A DNA stretch of 64,000 nt. Source: Eledone cirrhosa. Its lineage: Eukaryota. The stretch is taken from NCBI GenBank assembly GCA_964016885.1, contig OZ024740.1:65286001-65350000 (forward strand). Direction: 5' to 3'. Every line of letters starts with the position of its first letter. Within the stretch, counting starts at the first letter, position 1. A program made the translations under genes and the position numbers. Shown piece by piece: positions 25,458 through 39,834 of the stretch. Under the pieces are notes generated by a model, which saw nothing but the letters and a program-made list of their open reading frames with translations, did not search any database and was not told where the DNA came from.

Positions 25458-27420
25458 TTAGCTGTATACTTTATGGAATGTTCTGTGGAATTTATGCAAG
25501 CAGAGACAAAACAAGTCAGTGCGTCTATTTATTATAGAATCTAAATTAGATATATTGGTAAATTTCTCACATAAACAGTGATTATATGTCTTGGATAGAG
25601 AACCATTCAAATATGTAGAAGCAGAACAAACCTTCCTCCAAGAGATGTTATAGTTAATGTTTTTGTCTTTCAAGGACCATATGAGTTGTGAGAGTGTCGT
25701 GTTGGTTCTTTTAAGTTGGTATTTAAAAGACGAATGATGATTATAAAGACGACCTTTAAAGGAGGTGGAGTGGAGCCAAAATAGGTAAAGGAATTGGTGT
25801 CAGTTATAACTTTACATTCGTAGATTACGTTTTTTTCAAGACAATGGTTGTTGAGAGGACATTTATTTTTAACAGGGCAATTACAATTGAGATTAGAGAA
25901 ATTAACAGAGTTATTAACAAGTGACCTAGTGTTATCTATAGAAGGAATTGGATTGGAGAAGTTATTTACGATAGGAATAATAGTTTCTTGATTTACAATG
26001 GGATTAAGAACATTTAACGAAGTTGCGTTTGACGTTATATTTGGGTTTGCAGAAATTAGCCTAGAGTTAATAATGACGTCGGGAGTACTATTACAATTAT
26101 TATGATATTCAGTGTTGGAAGGAAGAGATTTAGTATTTAGTAGTTTATTGTTGTGTTTAGAGATAATGTTGGAGATGTTGGAGGAGGTCGAATAGGAACA
26201 TTTTATAGTGTATTTGTTAAATATTTTACTATAGACGATGTGGGGTAGGGAAGCATTTATTTAAGGAACTAAAGAATAATTTAGGAATATTATTATTAAT
26301 AGAGATGGAGAAAGGGGCATTATACCAGATTATGTTTTTGTATCTAGGTCTTTTATTAAAGTTATTGGAATGATCATGATTAATTATTCTACTGTAAGAT
26401 GTCCTAGAATTTGTTTCTTTAATATATTTGATTTTATCAGGATAACCGGCTTTAGAAAGCGCGTTATTATAGTAATTGGCGTTAGCATCAAATATGTTTT
26501 TATTAGATGATAGGTTGGATATTCTTTTTCCAATATTACTAACTATAGCATTCTTAATATTAGTGGGGTGGTTAGATTTAAAATTAACATAATTTAGGTT
26601 CTCATTGTGTTTATGGTAAGGGTAATATAGGCCAGTGTCAAGATTAAGAGATACATCCAAGAAATTAGCTAGTTTGATGCTGTTATCAAATTCAATTTTT
26701 AAGTTATGTTGGTTAAAGAGATTACGTATATTGTTCTAAATAATATTAAGGTTAACTATTTTGCAAATTTAAGATAGTATAGAGTCCATCGTCACGATAC
26801 ATTCCACCGCGAAGTTGAGGAATTTTCCGTTCAAAGCGTTCAAAATAAAGATACCAATTAAATCTGTCAATTGGGATGAATCGGATGCTCCCATTGTGAT
26901 GTCAAAGTTGTTAGAGGTATCAGCTCTGGTCCAATATTCATTGTTGAACTCTAGGATGGTTTTACGTGCGGTGAGAATGATGTGAATTTCATCTGTGGTG
27001 ATGTCTGAATATTTGTAAGCGAAAGATAGAGCTTTGTTGAGAAGTGAGGGCGAAATAGAAGAATAGTAGCTGCCAATATCAAATTGAATACATTTTTGTT
27101 TGTTTTTCTTATTCAATTTGTTGAACCAGCCAATCACTTCAGAAGTACCAAACCATAAATTTAAGTTCAAAGAAGAGCAATTAGAACGAACCTGTGGGAT
27201 AATTCTATCCAAGATGGCTTTGCTAACAACCCCCAGATCTGATTTAGAGGGGGCGATTAGTCTAACAGGTAGTTCAGTACGAAAGTTGTTTTTGTGATCC
27301 TTCAGATTTATTCTCGGGGTTCTTGGGAGAAATGGTTCGGTCTTTTTTCTGATGCCAAGTTTTGACATAATTTTAGAAGCTTCAAAGTTTAACAATTCAT
27401 AAACTGTATATTTAATGATT
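25458..27420 (-). pseudogene. PLE RT + GIY-YIG remnant
   Basis: LKDHK.NF...RLIAPSKS, FDIGSYYSSI, FDITMGA, FLDVSLNL..G.Y.PY.K, IIWYNAPFS, CNC....CPL...CL..NVIY, TYFGST, LSQLIWSLK. Frameshifted. Confidence 0.9.
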
Positions 27421-27584
27421 GAGACATTTAGTTGATATATTGCCTACATACAAATCTTCAACCTGTAAATAAAATAACCAGAGAAACTCCATTCCGTCGA
27501 TGAAAACATTGTTCACGATGTCCTGAAGAGGATACAGGCTGATCAAGTGGACGTCACGTAACGTACAGTGGCAACTCCAAGTAG

Positions 27585-27628
<44 letters not shown>

Positions 27629-28107
27629 TTATGTATACCTTACAATTAAATCATTGTAAATAGATGTGTGCAGAAATGAATATAAAATAAGAAAATATTT
27701 TTTTTTAAAAGGGAAAAGAAAGGGAAAGGGGTCGATAATGTAGAAATACACACACATGTACACCAGGTCCGAACACAGAGGAGCCAAACTCCCTCTGTCA
27801 TCGCCACCATCTCTCTTCCCCTCCCCATCTCTCACTAATAGGAGCAAATGGGGTCGCATGCGCTGGGCGCCCCACTGCCCCTAATTATAGATGAACAGGA
27901 TTTGTCAATAATGGGTAGAGATTAGGGAATCTGTCACGCAGAGCCGAGCGAGTATTCTGCACAACTGTCTAATAATAAATTATGAAGATAAAATTTATTA
28001 CGAATTAATCTATGTAACAATATTTAAGTGTATACATTTTGTTTTAAATTCATATAAATTGTGGCAGTCTTCCGAATATTAATATTTACATGTTTGTGTG
28101 TGTGAAA

Positions 28108-28260
28108 GCATGTGGCTTGGTGATTATGAGATTTACTTCACAATCCTAACATTGGGCGTTCGATTCCGGAGAGCGTGTTGTGTCCTTGAGCAAGACATTT
28201 TATTCCATTGATACTCCAGTATACTCAGCAGGAACTATAGATTGCAGCTGTTATTGAAAT
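28108..28260 (+). mobile_element. Second tRNA-derived SINE family, diverged
   Basis: A-box-like TGGCTTGGTGA, B-box-like GTTCGATTCC, then gttgtgtccttgagcaagacattt. Confidence 0.6.
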
Positions 28261-29162
28261 GTCAAATTTTGTTAGTCACTGTACCACAGAGAATCTCAAT
28301 GAGACCTTCATTATGATTGTAAGTGAACGCGGAATGTACAATTACTCGTATTTTAAGGTTTTGAGGTGTCTGTTTCTGGGAAATAAATGGATAAGTAAAT
28401 AAGTCTGTAAGTAAATATATCTACTGTAAGCACGTGCTTTACTTGGTTAGGCTATTATGTTCACTGTCGGAAAGTGAGGAGTTTGATTTTCGGCGATATT
28501 TTCTTCAGCAAGGTAATTTATTTAAACTTGACCTACTCCACTTACGTAGCAAAACGGAGTCGCATCTGTAATTCAAACAACCAATCTTGATATATTCTGT
28601 CACGTGGAATTGCCTTGGGAATTACTTTAAATATGCACATGTTTGAGGATCAATCAGCCACAGGAACGTCAGATTCGACAGATATTCCGACACATCTGTG
28701 TACGTCTATGGGGAATTTAGTCCATCTTATTATTCGTTTTCTGTTCTGTATTATGTACAACATATTACCTTTCCTTACAGTAACAAAAAATAATACCTGT
28801 AATGCATTTAGGATTTTAACGGTAAGTCAGAAGTTAGTGTATTGCACAGAATATCATAAAATTTGTTTTCCATCAAGTTCTTTCTGTTTCTCGTGTTTCT
28901 ATAGATACATTACGTTTCCCTTTACTTTCAAATCATTTGCGACGGTAATAAAATAACGTAACCATACATATTCAACTCACGTATTTCACTATCTTTTCAG
29001 CAATGGGTTTCCATTTGTAACTTAGTGAATTTGATTACACAAATTGACAAGATGGAAACAGAAATGAAAGGAAATGCAAAAATTATATATCTCAACCATA
29101 TTAGAATGTGACATACAGACATACGCGCGCATACAAACACACACATACACACACACACACAT

Positions 29163-29233
<71 letters not shown>

Positions 29234-29237
29234 TTTG

Positions 29238-29297
<60 letters not shown>

Positions 29298-30278
29298 CAT
29301 ACAAATATACATACACATACATATATATATATGTGTGTGTGTATGTGTGTGTATATATATATATATGCATATATATACGTACTCTTCTTCTGTGAAATAA
29401 TTCTTTCCAATGGAAATGCAATTTGTTATATCGAAATTTCGCAAATTGACAAGAAATTGTCTAGCACTTCAATAGTTTTCATTTAAACTTTGTATCACTA
29501 TTTCTCACGTTTTATGTGTGTGTCGGTGCCTTATATTGTTAAAGAGGAAATTATCTTATAAAATATCATGAAAACTGTTAAAACATTTGGAAATACTACT
29601 ATACCATTGTATTAGTTTACAAACATACAATCAGAGATAGTGAGAATAGTCAAACAGATCTACCTCAGAAAATAATAAATGAAGCTTGCAGGGCAGAAAA
29701 CTAGTGGCAGATAAATGACTTGCCATATATGTTCCAATCATATTCATTCTGATTTCATATCATTTTGAAATCATCTTACCATTTAACACTTACCGGGTTG
29801 ATGTTTTAATGTACTAGTCAGCTATTGGGGACACATTCAACTACTGCTCAATAATATATGTCCTCGTGCAACTAGTAGAAATACACATTAATAACAACTT
29901 CCTTGAATTTTGAGGAGAGAAAAGTCGATATAATTGTCGCTAGTATTTTCCTTGTAATTTTTTCTTTGATTCTAAGATGATGAATATCAATTGTGAGAAA
30001 ACTAAAGCGAATATTGCATTATGAATTACATCAAATCCTTTAATGTTTGGGTTTCTAATTTAGGCCCTACAAGAGCTTCTGCATTTTATTTTTGCTGATG
30101 AAAAAAGCTGAAAAGATATTTTTCAAATAAGATCCTATAACAAAAAGTACCAAATTCTTAAAGTTTGTCTTTAAGCAGAGCCAAGTGCCAGTGGTTGCCT
30201 AATATATCTCTCTTTACCATTCCCATCATTGCTACTATGCACCGACTCACAGCTGGAAATACTCGCGCAAAATAATAT

Positions 30279-30279
<1 letters not shown>

Positions 30280-30309
<30 letters not shown>

Positions 30310-30353
30310 AAGAAGAAGAAGAAGAAGAAGAAGAAGAAGAAGAAGAAAAGGAG

Positions 30354-30437
<84 letters not shown>

Positions 30438-31110
30438 GGGAAGAAGACGCACGAGGTGGTAGAACGTCACGAAATTGCTCCCGTAAGTTTTTTGATTTTT
30501 AACATATTTAAATCAATTGTGAAAGAACAATTCTTAGCACAAGTGTTGCATAAAGGCACCGAATGAGGTCCCATAAAGTTTCGGATCCATATTATATTGT
30601 TGTATCGCTCAAATATTCAATTTTGTATTATATATTTTGTATTCAAAAAAAGAAAATGGTTATAAATGGAACAAAACACCCTCTGTCTACACTATATAGA
30701 ACAGCAGCAATTTCAATTTCACTAACACCAAAAACTTGATACACTGCCTATCCCATCACACTAAATATAACAGCCAGATAACGGCAATTTCACCAGCATC
30801 ATAATAATAATTACTATTATTATTGTCTCAAATTTTAAAAAATGTTTAATTCAAATTTTACGGGAATATGTCAACACAAAATATAATAAAAATATATATT
30901 AAACATACGAACACAAACTCATAGATACTATATCAGTAACCACAACACCAACGCTGCCACCACTCCACCACATCCATCATCGCCGCCACCACTCATTCAA
31001 TGCTACTGACACTATTCCCCTGTTAACTTGAGAGAGAAAAGGGAAGGTGGCGGTAGCACTAGACAAGAGAGAGGCTAGCAAAAGATATAAATAGATTGAC
31101 TTGGTGACCT
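30280..31110 (+). repeat. (AAG)n(AAT)n tract plus ~680-bp unit, copy A
   Basis: 30436-31110 aligns with 35395-36225 (roughly 80% by eye). Confidence 0.8.
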
Positions 31111-31379
31111 TGCCACCCACCGGCCAAACGTCTACATCAACAATTATGGGACTGCTGGCTCACCCCTTCCTCACCAACAATATAAAAAGCCCCGGCACCA
31201 CCACCGACATAGCCAACAACAATAACAGCCAACTACAACAAAAAGTATATTATATTATTGTAATGCACTGGGTGATTGCTGGCCTTGTGCCTGGAGTGGA
31301 GACAATTATTAATAATTTCATTCTTAAGCCACGCAATGCTCACATTGAGGAACAACTCATGATAATAACAATTTTAAAA

Positions 31380-34300
31380 AAAACAACAAAAAGAAAACCC
31401 CGTGACCAAGAAATACCGGGTTGGCGGCCGGCGGGGAATAGCCATGTCTCTAGGGGAGAACGACCCCTCTAGTCTTGGTTGACACTCGTTATAGAAGTGG
31501 TACCACGAAATGATTACCCCTTGGCGGATAAGGATAAAACGTGACAAAATAAAGTAAATGTCTAATGGTAACCCGTCACCCGGGTAAAAAAGGGCCGCGT
31601 CCCTCAGAGAGGAACCAGACTGGGGTCGAAAAATCAGCTAATGGTTCAAACCTTCCCATCACTTCGGAGCTGGAGACCTCCCATAACCGGAATACTCCTA
31701 CTGTTGGCCCTCCATGCTCACCACTAAGAAATCCAAAGAAAAAGAGAGAAAAATGGTCAAGGGAAGTAATAAAGAAGTCCTTGAGGCTTTCTACACTGCC
31801 ATGTACTACCCATCAAATACATCGAATACAGAACAAACATATATCAACTGGAAAAAGAAACATCCCGAAAACAGAGGCTATATTGACAGTAACAAACTAG
31901 CCAATATTCGAAGAAATATTGTAAGAAAAAAGTTACTAACTTATATAGAAATTGATCAGATCAAGCTAGTAGCACAAAGTCAACGAAGGGAAAATGAAGC
32001 ATGTGTCAGTGAAAACGAGGTAAACTGTAACACTTCGAATCCCAGGGTTGGGGCGGAATCACTGGCAACAGAACAAATTAAAGAAAGGAGCGAAAAAGTG
32101 GAGGGAGTGCATGCTCAGGATGAAACTCCAAATGAAAATAATGAGATCGTAAATGATAAAGAAATGCATGAAAATGAACTTGCTAACTTGAAGGATGAAA
32201 TTATGATCGAATAGATGAAAATGAAAGAATCTGACATGGGGCAACGAGACACCCTCCCTAAGACCCAGAACTCAAAACAGAACCAAAAGATAATACACAA
32301 GACTAACATAATTCTCAAAAACATTATCATCACAAAGAAACTAAACATTACTGACTTAAATCATCTCTATTATGCATCGGCTAAAGTCACCACTCACTTA
32401 TGTGGAGTGAAGATGAAAAAACAAAGGAATTTCCACAAGAAATCTACTTGGAAAGATAACATCAATCGCCAAATAAACCTTCTCCGATCTGACATAGGAA
32501 TTTTAACAAACTATAAAGTAGGTGAACATGTTAAACAAACTAAACTTAGAAAATTGAAAAAAAAGTACAGTATAAGATCAACATGTGACATAGACATGCT
32601 GATAGAAACAATCAAACAAAAAGTGTCGGCCAAAGCTGCTCGTATAAGGCGCTTTGAAAAACGATCTAGATTCTATGAGGACAATAATATGTTCAAAAAC
32701 AACCAAAGAAACTTCTAGAGAAAAATTGGTAAGTCAACAATAACTGCTAAATCAATACCACCCAAGGAGGAAGTGCAAGAATTCTGGGAAAAGATCTGGG
32801 CCGAAGAAAAAGTTCATAAAATACATGCCCCATGGATAGACAGACAAATGAAAGAAACAGCTCACCTTGAAGAACAAACATGGGAAAATATAACAGTTGA
32901 ACAATTGCGCTTGGCTCTAAGAAAAACCAGCAAATGGAAATCCCCAGGAAAAGACAAAATACAAAACTTTTGGATAAATGCCTTCAGAGAGTCTCATGAG
33001 CTGTTAGCCCAACTTTACAATGAAATAGTTAAGGAGCCAGAAAAGATACCATCATGGCTAGTTAACGGCATTACATTCCTGCTACCGAAGAATGATGAGA
33101 CAAACAATCCCAAAAATTACAGACCGATAACCTGCTTGACCACAATGTATAAAATTTTAACATCAGTCCTAACTGAATACACATATGACCACCTGATAAC
33201 AAATGACCTATTTCCCATTGAGCAGAAAGGGTGTAAACGAGGCTCATATGGCTGTAAGGATCAGCTTCTGGTTAACAAAATGATACTGGAAGATTGTCAT
33301 AATAGACACAAAAATCTATCGATTGCTTGGATAGATTATAAAAAAGCATTCGATAGTTTGCCACACAGTTGGATTGAAAAATGTTTAGAGATTTTCAAAA
33401 TATCCCCCGTTGTCAGGAGGTTTCTGTCATTCAGTATGAGGACATGGAGAACGACACTCCTTTTGAATAGTGAAACAAAATTACTGGAAGCTGGAGAAGT
33501 TAACATTAATTGTGGAATTTTTCAGGGTGACTCTTTATCACCGCTTTTATTCTGCATCGCACTTATACCATTAAGTAAAATGCTCAATGAAACAAAATAT
33601 GGATATAGAGTCTATGACAAAACCATTAATCACCTGTTCTACATGGATGACCTGAAACTATTTGCAAAAAAATGATGAACAATTGCAAGGGCTATTATCC
33701 ACTGTGAAGCAGTTCAGTGATGACATTAAAATGGAGTTTGGACTGGATAAATGCGCCAAAGCAACGTTCACCAGAGGAAAGCTGCTGAAGAGTTCAGACA
33801 TTAATCTTGATCGGTGGAACGTGATAAGAGAGCTTGATCAAGAAAAAACTTACAAATATCTAGGTGTTTGTGAAGGAGACGGAATCAAGCACCACGACAA
33901 TGAGGGAAAGGATAAGGAAGGAATGTTACCGCAGAGTCAGAGCAATCTTAAGAACGCAATTGAATGCAAGGAATATGATCGATGCCATAAACACGCTTGC
34001 CATACCAGTAGTAACCTACAGTTACAATGTCATCAACTGGTCAAGCACAGAGATCCGTAGGCTCGATACAAAAATCCGAAAATTCTTAACCATGCACAGA
34101 ATGCATCACCCTAAGGCAGACATAGATAGAATATATCTCCCTAGGAAAGAAGGAGGACGTGGGTTAATCCAGTTAGACATTGCGTTGAAAACTGTAACAA
34201 TTGGATTATCCACATATCTAAGGGAATCACATGATTGGATGATCAAACTCGTTTTGAAACACGAAAGCACCAAAAGATCATATTCCATTACAAAAGATGC

Positions 34301-35287
34301 ACAAAGATACAGTAATGGACTACAAATTTCAGAAGTCCCATTTACTGCTGAAATGGAAATCACAGAAAAAGCAAAGTAGGTAAAAATAACTGCAAAGAAA
34401 GAACTGCTACAGAAACTGGCTAAGAAATGGCAAGAAAAGCCTCTGTATGGAAAATACCCAGAACAAGCTAACAATCCTGATGTTGACAAAACTTTAACCC
34501 ATCAGTGGTTGGCATCCTCTGGACTGAAATCGGAGACTGAAGGACTGATTATATAAGCACAAGATCAGTGTCTGCCAACAAAAAATTACCAAGCCAACAT
34601 AATAAAAAATGGATGCAGCCCATTATGCCGTGTATGTAAAAAACAACCAGAGACCATTGACCATATAATTTCAATGTGCAGTCCTACAGCTCCAACCGAA
34701 TACCTAAACAGGCATGACAGAGCTGCACAATACATACATTGGATAATGTGTAAGCATTTTGACCTGCCCCATCAAAAGAATTGGTGGGAGCATCAACCAC
34801 CTCCCGTACTTGAAAATATCACATCTCAATCTTGTGGAACTTTAGCATCCAAACAGACCGAAAAATAGATGCAAATAGACCTGACATAATATCCAATAGA
34901 CAAGAATGTATCTATAAAAACATTTGAAAAATTGAGCAAGTATAAGTACCTGGAGATAGGAATTGGAAAAATGTGGAAATTGAGAACTAAAACAATACCA
35001 GTGGTTGTAGGCGCTCTGGGAATGATACCTAAGGGGTCTAATGATTACTTATCGCAGATCCCAGGAAACCCGCGTATAGGAGAAATACAAAAGATAGTAC
35101 TAATGGGAACTGCCCATATACTAAGGAAGATTCTGTCAATATAAGTACATCACAAGTCTAAACACTAAAGATGCATGTGTGAGTATGTATGTTCTTCCTT
35201 GAACATGGTGGACCTTGTTGTCTCTTGAGGTCACTGGTTGTGACTTGGTGATAACTCGTATGAACATAAAGCAAGACAAATGCAACT

Positions 35288-35370
<83 letters not shown>
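31380..35370 (+). mobile_element. R4/Dong-type non-LTR retrotransposon (RT + restriction-like endonuclease), near full length, degenerate
   Basis: KSPGKDKIQNFW, NYRPITCL, EQKGC, WIDYKKAFDS, GIFQGDSLSP, HLFYMDD, CR.C....ETIDHI...C, RHD, RPDI, IPVVVGALG. Short 3' UTR and (TAA)n tail at ~35289. Several stops and frameshifts. Confidence 0.9.
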
Positions 35371-35372
<2 letters not shown>

Positions 35373-36225
35373 GAAGAAGAAGAAGAAGAAGAAGAAGGGA
35401 AGAAGACACACATGGTGTATAGAAGGTCGAGAAATCGCTCCCGTAAGTTTTGATTTTTTAACACATTTAAATCAATTGTGAAATAACAATTCTTAGTACA
35501 AATGTTGCATAAAACATCCAGCTTGGGTCCGAAAAAATTCGGATCCACAATATATTGTTATATCGCTCAAATATTCAATTTTGTATTATACATTTTATAT
35601 TCAAAAAGAAAATGGTTATAAATGGAAGGAAACTCATCTGTCTACACTATATAGAACAGCCAAATAACAGCAATTTCACCAACATCAGAAACTAGATACA
35701 CCACCTACGCCATCACCCCTCTGTGTATACTAAACACAACAGCCCGATAACGGCAATTTCACCACCACCACCACCACCACCACCACCACCAATCTCAACA
35801 TAATAATAATAATTACTATTATTATTGCCTCAAGTTTTAGTTTTAACAAAATGTTTAATTCCAATAAATGTCAACACATACACGCGACTAACGATAATTT
35901 GACTAAAGATAATTTCACCACCAATACCACCACCACTACCACGATGAAAACTCTGGTCAAGTCGACTCAAATTTCTACTCCAACTTCAACACCATCACTA
36001 CAGTAATACGACCACATCACCACCACCTCTGCCTCACTATCGCTACCGCCGCTATTCTCTACCACTACCTCCTGCTAGTTGCTGCTAGCACAGCACCGCC
36101 ATCGCCGCCGCTATCTCAATATCACTACCGCCGCTATTCTCTCCCGCTACCCCCTGCTACATTGTACAATTCTCACTAAAAGAGGAAAACATCGAAATAT
36201 ATAAATAGACTGAATTGGTGACCCG
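35371..36225 (+). repeat. (AAG)n plus ~830-bp unit, copy B
   Basis: Diverged direct repeat of 30436-31110 with expanded ACC-rich tracts. Confidence 0.8.
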
Positions 36226-36499
36226 GTCAAAATCAATAAAAAAACAACAAAAATCAAGATCAAAGCAGCACAGCAACAACGGAAAGCGTAAAGGAAATAA
36301 AAATGAAGAGAAAAACAAACGGACGGACAGAGAAGGGAAGGGAAAAACTAAGTCAGACATTCAAACACTACATTACAATGAAACTTATGCTTATTCATTT
36401 TTGCGGTTTTTTCTGCCTGTGTGTTTGTTTATTTGTTTGGGTTCGTCTACAGCTTGATAATGCCACACAAAAGTCACGTGGAGTGACGAAATCACCGGA

Positions 36500-39090
36500 G
36501 GTGATGATATCACCGGTGGTTATGTAACCATACATTCGCCAATCCTCGATAAGAGTGTTTAAATGTCGAACATAATCAGTTCTAATAACGGTGAAATGGA
36601 GACTAGAATGTCATGTGACAGACTCTCACCCAACAGGTGCTCCCTGGATCAGCAGCAGGGACCTGGCTGTCAACCAAATACTGCTGGTGTCGGAGGAAGA
36701 AGAAGAAGGAAAGGGACCAGAACCAACGGGACGAAATAATTGAATAGAACTGTTATGCAATGTTACCTGAAGAGTAACCCCAAGGAGAAAGGCTATAGGA
36801 AAAGGATGCATAACATCTGGAACGAGATTGGTCCATTTAAATTAGATGAACAAAAACTGGCCGGGCAGGCTCGGGTAATAAGAACTAATGGGTGGATAAG
36901 CGAGCTGGAACTGGAGGAACTTGGTAGAGAGATTAGCTTGGAGATGGAGGGTGGAGTATGCCAGGCAAACGAGCCAGTGGGAAATGAAGGTGAAGAGGTC
37001 GAGAGAACGGAGGAACCACCCGAAAGAGACATTGATCTGAATGCTGAGATAAATAATACCTGGAACAGAGATACGGCCACTGAGGAGTTGAATGCTAACG
37101 GGCTAGGAGAAGATTTGGTAGATATCCTAAACTTAGTGGTAGATGAATTAAACAATGATAGTGGGAGACCTATGAACCTAAGATTGTAGACAGAAAAAAG
37201 TTAAAAGAAACAACAGCTAAGGTAAACAAAGTCATCCCATACCTTGAGGCGAGGAGCCTTCACCAGTGCAACAATATCCTCAAAGCAACAGCAAATACGG
37301 TGAGAAAACTACTTGATATAAAAGCGAGAGGAAACAACAGACAAGAAAGAGCAGAGCCTTGGTGGAAGAAACGACTGAGTGGTCAAATCAGGGAAATGAG
37401 AAATGACATTGGAAAACATGAGTCCCTACTGAATGGGACACTAAAAAACATAGACACTAAAAATAGACTGGAAATAAAGTACAAAACTTGGAGGAAAAAG
37501 CTAAATATTATCATAGAGGAACTGAAGCAACGCATTGTAGCAAAAAGTGAAAAATCAGGCGATACGAGAACAGAGTCAGCCAGTATAGACAGAACCGCAT
37601 GTTCGACAACAACCAGAAGATGCTGTATGGACAGCTTGAGAGGAAAGAAAGAGGCAACGACTTGATCCCTGAGGCTGAACAAACTAAAACATTCTGGAGA
37701 GGAATATGGGAGCAGGATGTTAAACATAATGACCAGGCAGTGTGGATTGAGACAGTACAGAAGGAGATCAGTGAACAGGCACGCCAACAAACTGATTTGA
37801 GTATCACAGTTGAAACTCTTATGGTGCAGGCCAAAAAACTAACCAACTGGAAATCACCTGGCCCAGATGGTGTGCAGGTGTATTGGATTAAAAACATAAC
37901 ATCCCTCCACCCGAAACTGACAACCATGTTCAATGACTGCTTGATGTCAGGTGAGGTACCAGAGTGGTTGACAAAAGGTACCACAGTTCTGATAATGAAA
38001 GACCGAATCAAGGGTAATGATGTTACCAACTATAGACCTATCACATGTCTGTCCGTAATGTGGAAACTTTTAACAAGCATTATGTCTGAGGAAATCTACC
38101 ATCACCTCCACAAAAACAACTTGTTACCGGACGAACAGAAAGGATGCCGAAAGAAGTCACGTGGTACAAAATACCAGTTACTTATTGATAAGATGGTAAT
38201 GAGGAATTACAAGAGGAGACACACTTGTCTTGCCATGGGATGGATAGACTACAAAAAGGCATTTGACATGGTGCCTCATTCTTGGATCACCAAAAGCCTG
38301 GAGATCTTCAAGGTGGCAGATAAAATCAGGCAGTTGTTGGGAAAAAGTATGAAGTCCTGGGTAACAGAGTTAACATCAACTGGAGAATCCTTGGGAAGCG
38401 TGAAGATCAAGAGAGGTATCTTCCAGGGAGATAGTCTGTCCCCTCTGTTGTTTGTCCTTGTCCTGATGCCCCTGACCAGTGTACTGCGAAAAGTGAGAGC
38501 AGGATACAGGTTGGGAAAGGGAGGGCTTACCATCAATCACCTCCTCTTGATGGACGATCTTATGCTCTTCGGGAAGAGTAAGAAGGAGTTGGATGTGCTT
38601 GTTGACGCTGTCCGTATTTTTAGCAATGATATATGTATGCAATTTGGTATTAGTAAGTGTGGAGTCATTGTGATGAGGAAGGGTAAGTTGAGCAGAAGTA
38701 ACGGAATCCAGATACCAACAGGTGAGATGATAAAAGAAATTGACTCTGAAGAAGGATACAAGTATTTGGGCGTTCTGGAGGCTGATGACATCAAGAACAA
38801 AAAATCAAGGAATTGATAAGAACTGAATACCTTCGGAGAGTAAGGAGCGTATTAAAGTCATATCTGAACAGTAGGAATGCCATACGTGCAGTAAATTCCC
38901 GAGCTGTGTCTATTATTAGGTACAGTGCGGGAATTCTGAGATGGAATTTTGCTAAACAAAGAAATGGATAGGAAGACTAGGAAGCTATTGATTATCTACA
39001 ATATGTTCCACAAGAGGAGTGATGTCGATAGACTCTACTTAAGGAGATCTGAGGGTGGAAGAGGTCTTATCAGCATAAAGGACTGTGTCC
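36500..39090 (+). mobile_element. Second R4/Dong-type LINE (different family), 3' part lost or interrupted
   Basis: KGYRKRMH.IW, WKSPGPDGV, NYRPITCL, EQKGC, GIFQGDSLSP, YKYLG, DRLYLRRSEGGRGLIS. Ends abruptly at the pLTR module at ~39088. Confidence 0.88.
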
Positions 39091-39131
39091 AGCAACCATC
39101 GTTGCTCATTTGTTCAACACTGACAAAGGAA

Positions 39132-39172
39132 CGCTGTACTAGTTTCAAGCTTATTAGCTATCGTCAGCAACG
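39132..39172 (-). ncRNA. Minimal hammerhead ribozyme, canonical core
   Basis: cgttg-CTGACGA-tagctaataagctt-GAAAC TA GTA-cagcg. Confidence 0.83.
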
Positions 39173-39524
39173 ATGGTTGCTGGACCCTACGGCCTAATGC
39201 GGGATGTTTGTTTACAAACAGACCGAGCATTATAATAAATTTTCGGTGAATCCTTACGTACATATATATATATGTGTGCATGTATATATATATATATATA
39301 CATACTACTGTACGTCTGTATACATATATGTATTTTCGTGTACATACTTATATTTAAGTAACAGCCGTACTAAGAGTGGGAAATGAAATTTCGTTTCATT
39401 TTTTTCCGTTTATCGTTTTCGGTGCACCCGGCCGATTAACCCACTCGATATGCAAATTGTGCTACTCAGCCGTTAATATGCCTAAGGTGAGTATATACGT
39501 TCAACAATCTGGCAGGAATGTATA

Positions 39525-39565
39525 CGTTGCTGACGATAGCTAATAAGCTGGAAACTAGTACAGCG
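39525..39565 (+). ncRNA. Minimal hammerhead ribozyme, canonical core
   Basis: cgttg-CTGACGA-tagctaataagctg-GAAAC TA GTA-cagcg. Confidence 0.83.
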
Positions 39566-39834
39566 TTCCTTTGTCAGTGTTGAACAAACGAGCAACGATG
39601 GTTGCTGGACACTACGGCTTAATGGGGGATGTTTGTTTACAAACACACCGAGTATTATAATAAATGTTCGGTGAATCCATACGTACACATATATATGTGT
39701 GCATGTATGTATATATATATACATAATACTGTACGTCTGTATACATATATGTATGTACGCGTACATACTTATATTTAAGTAACAGCCGTACTAAGAGTGG
39801 GAAATGAAATTTCGTTTCATTTTTTCCGTTTGTG

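Larger units (their letters stand above)
39088..39830. mobile_element. PLE pLTR module: partial tandem (period ~425 bp) with inverted 5' piece
   Basis: 39172-39410 is repeated at 39595-39830. 39088-39172 is an inverted copy of 39525-39610. Same family as 13869-14412. Confidence 0.8.

Noticed and set aside
27515-27575. CTGAAGA motif next to the 25.4-27.4 kb PLE
   Set aside because: Could not form stems I and III or find a properly placed GAAA.
36462-36520. gtcac/gtgac stem + GAAA + tcacc/ggtga stem at the 5' end of the second R4-type LINE, hammerhead-like
   Set aside because: No CUGANGA (reads CACAAAA), the cleavage position is G and there is no stem I. It may be structured but cannot be called a ribozyme.
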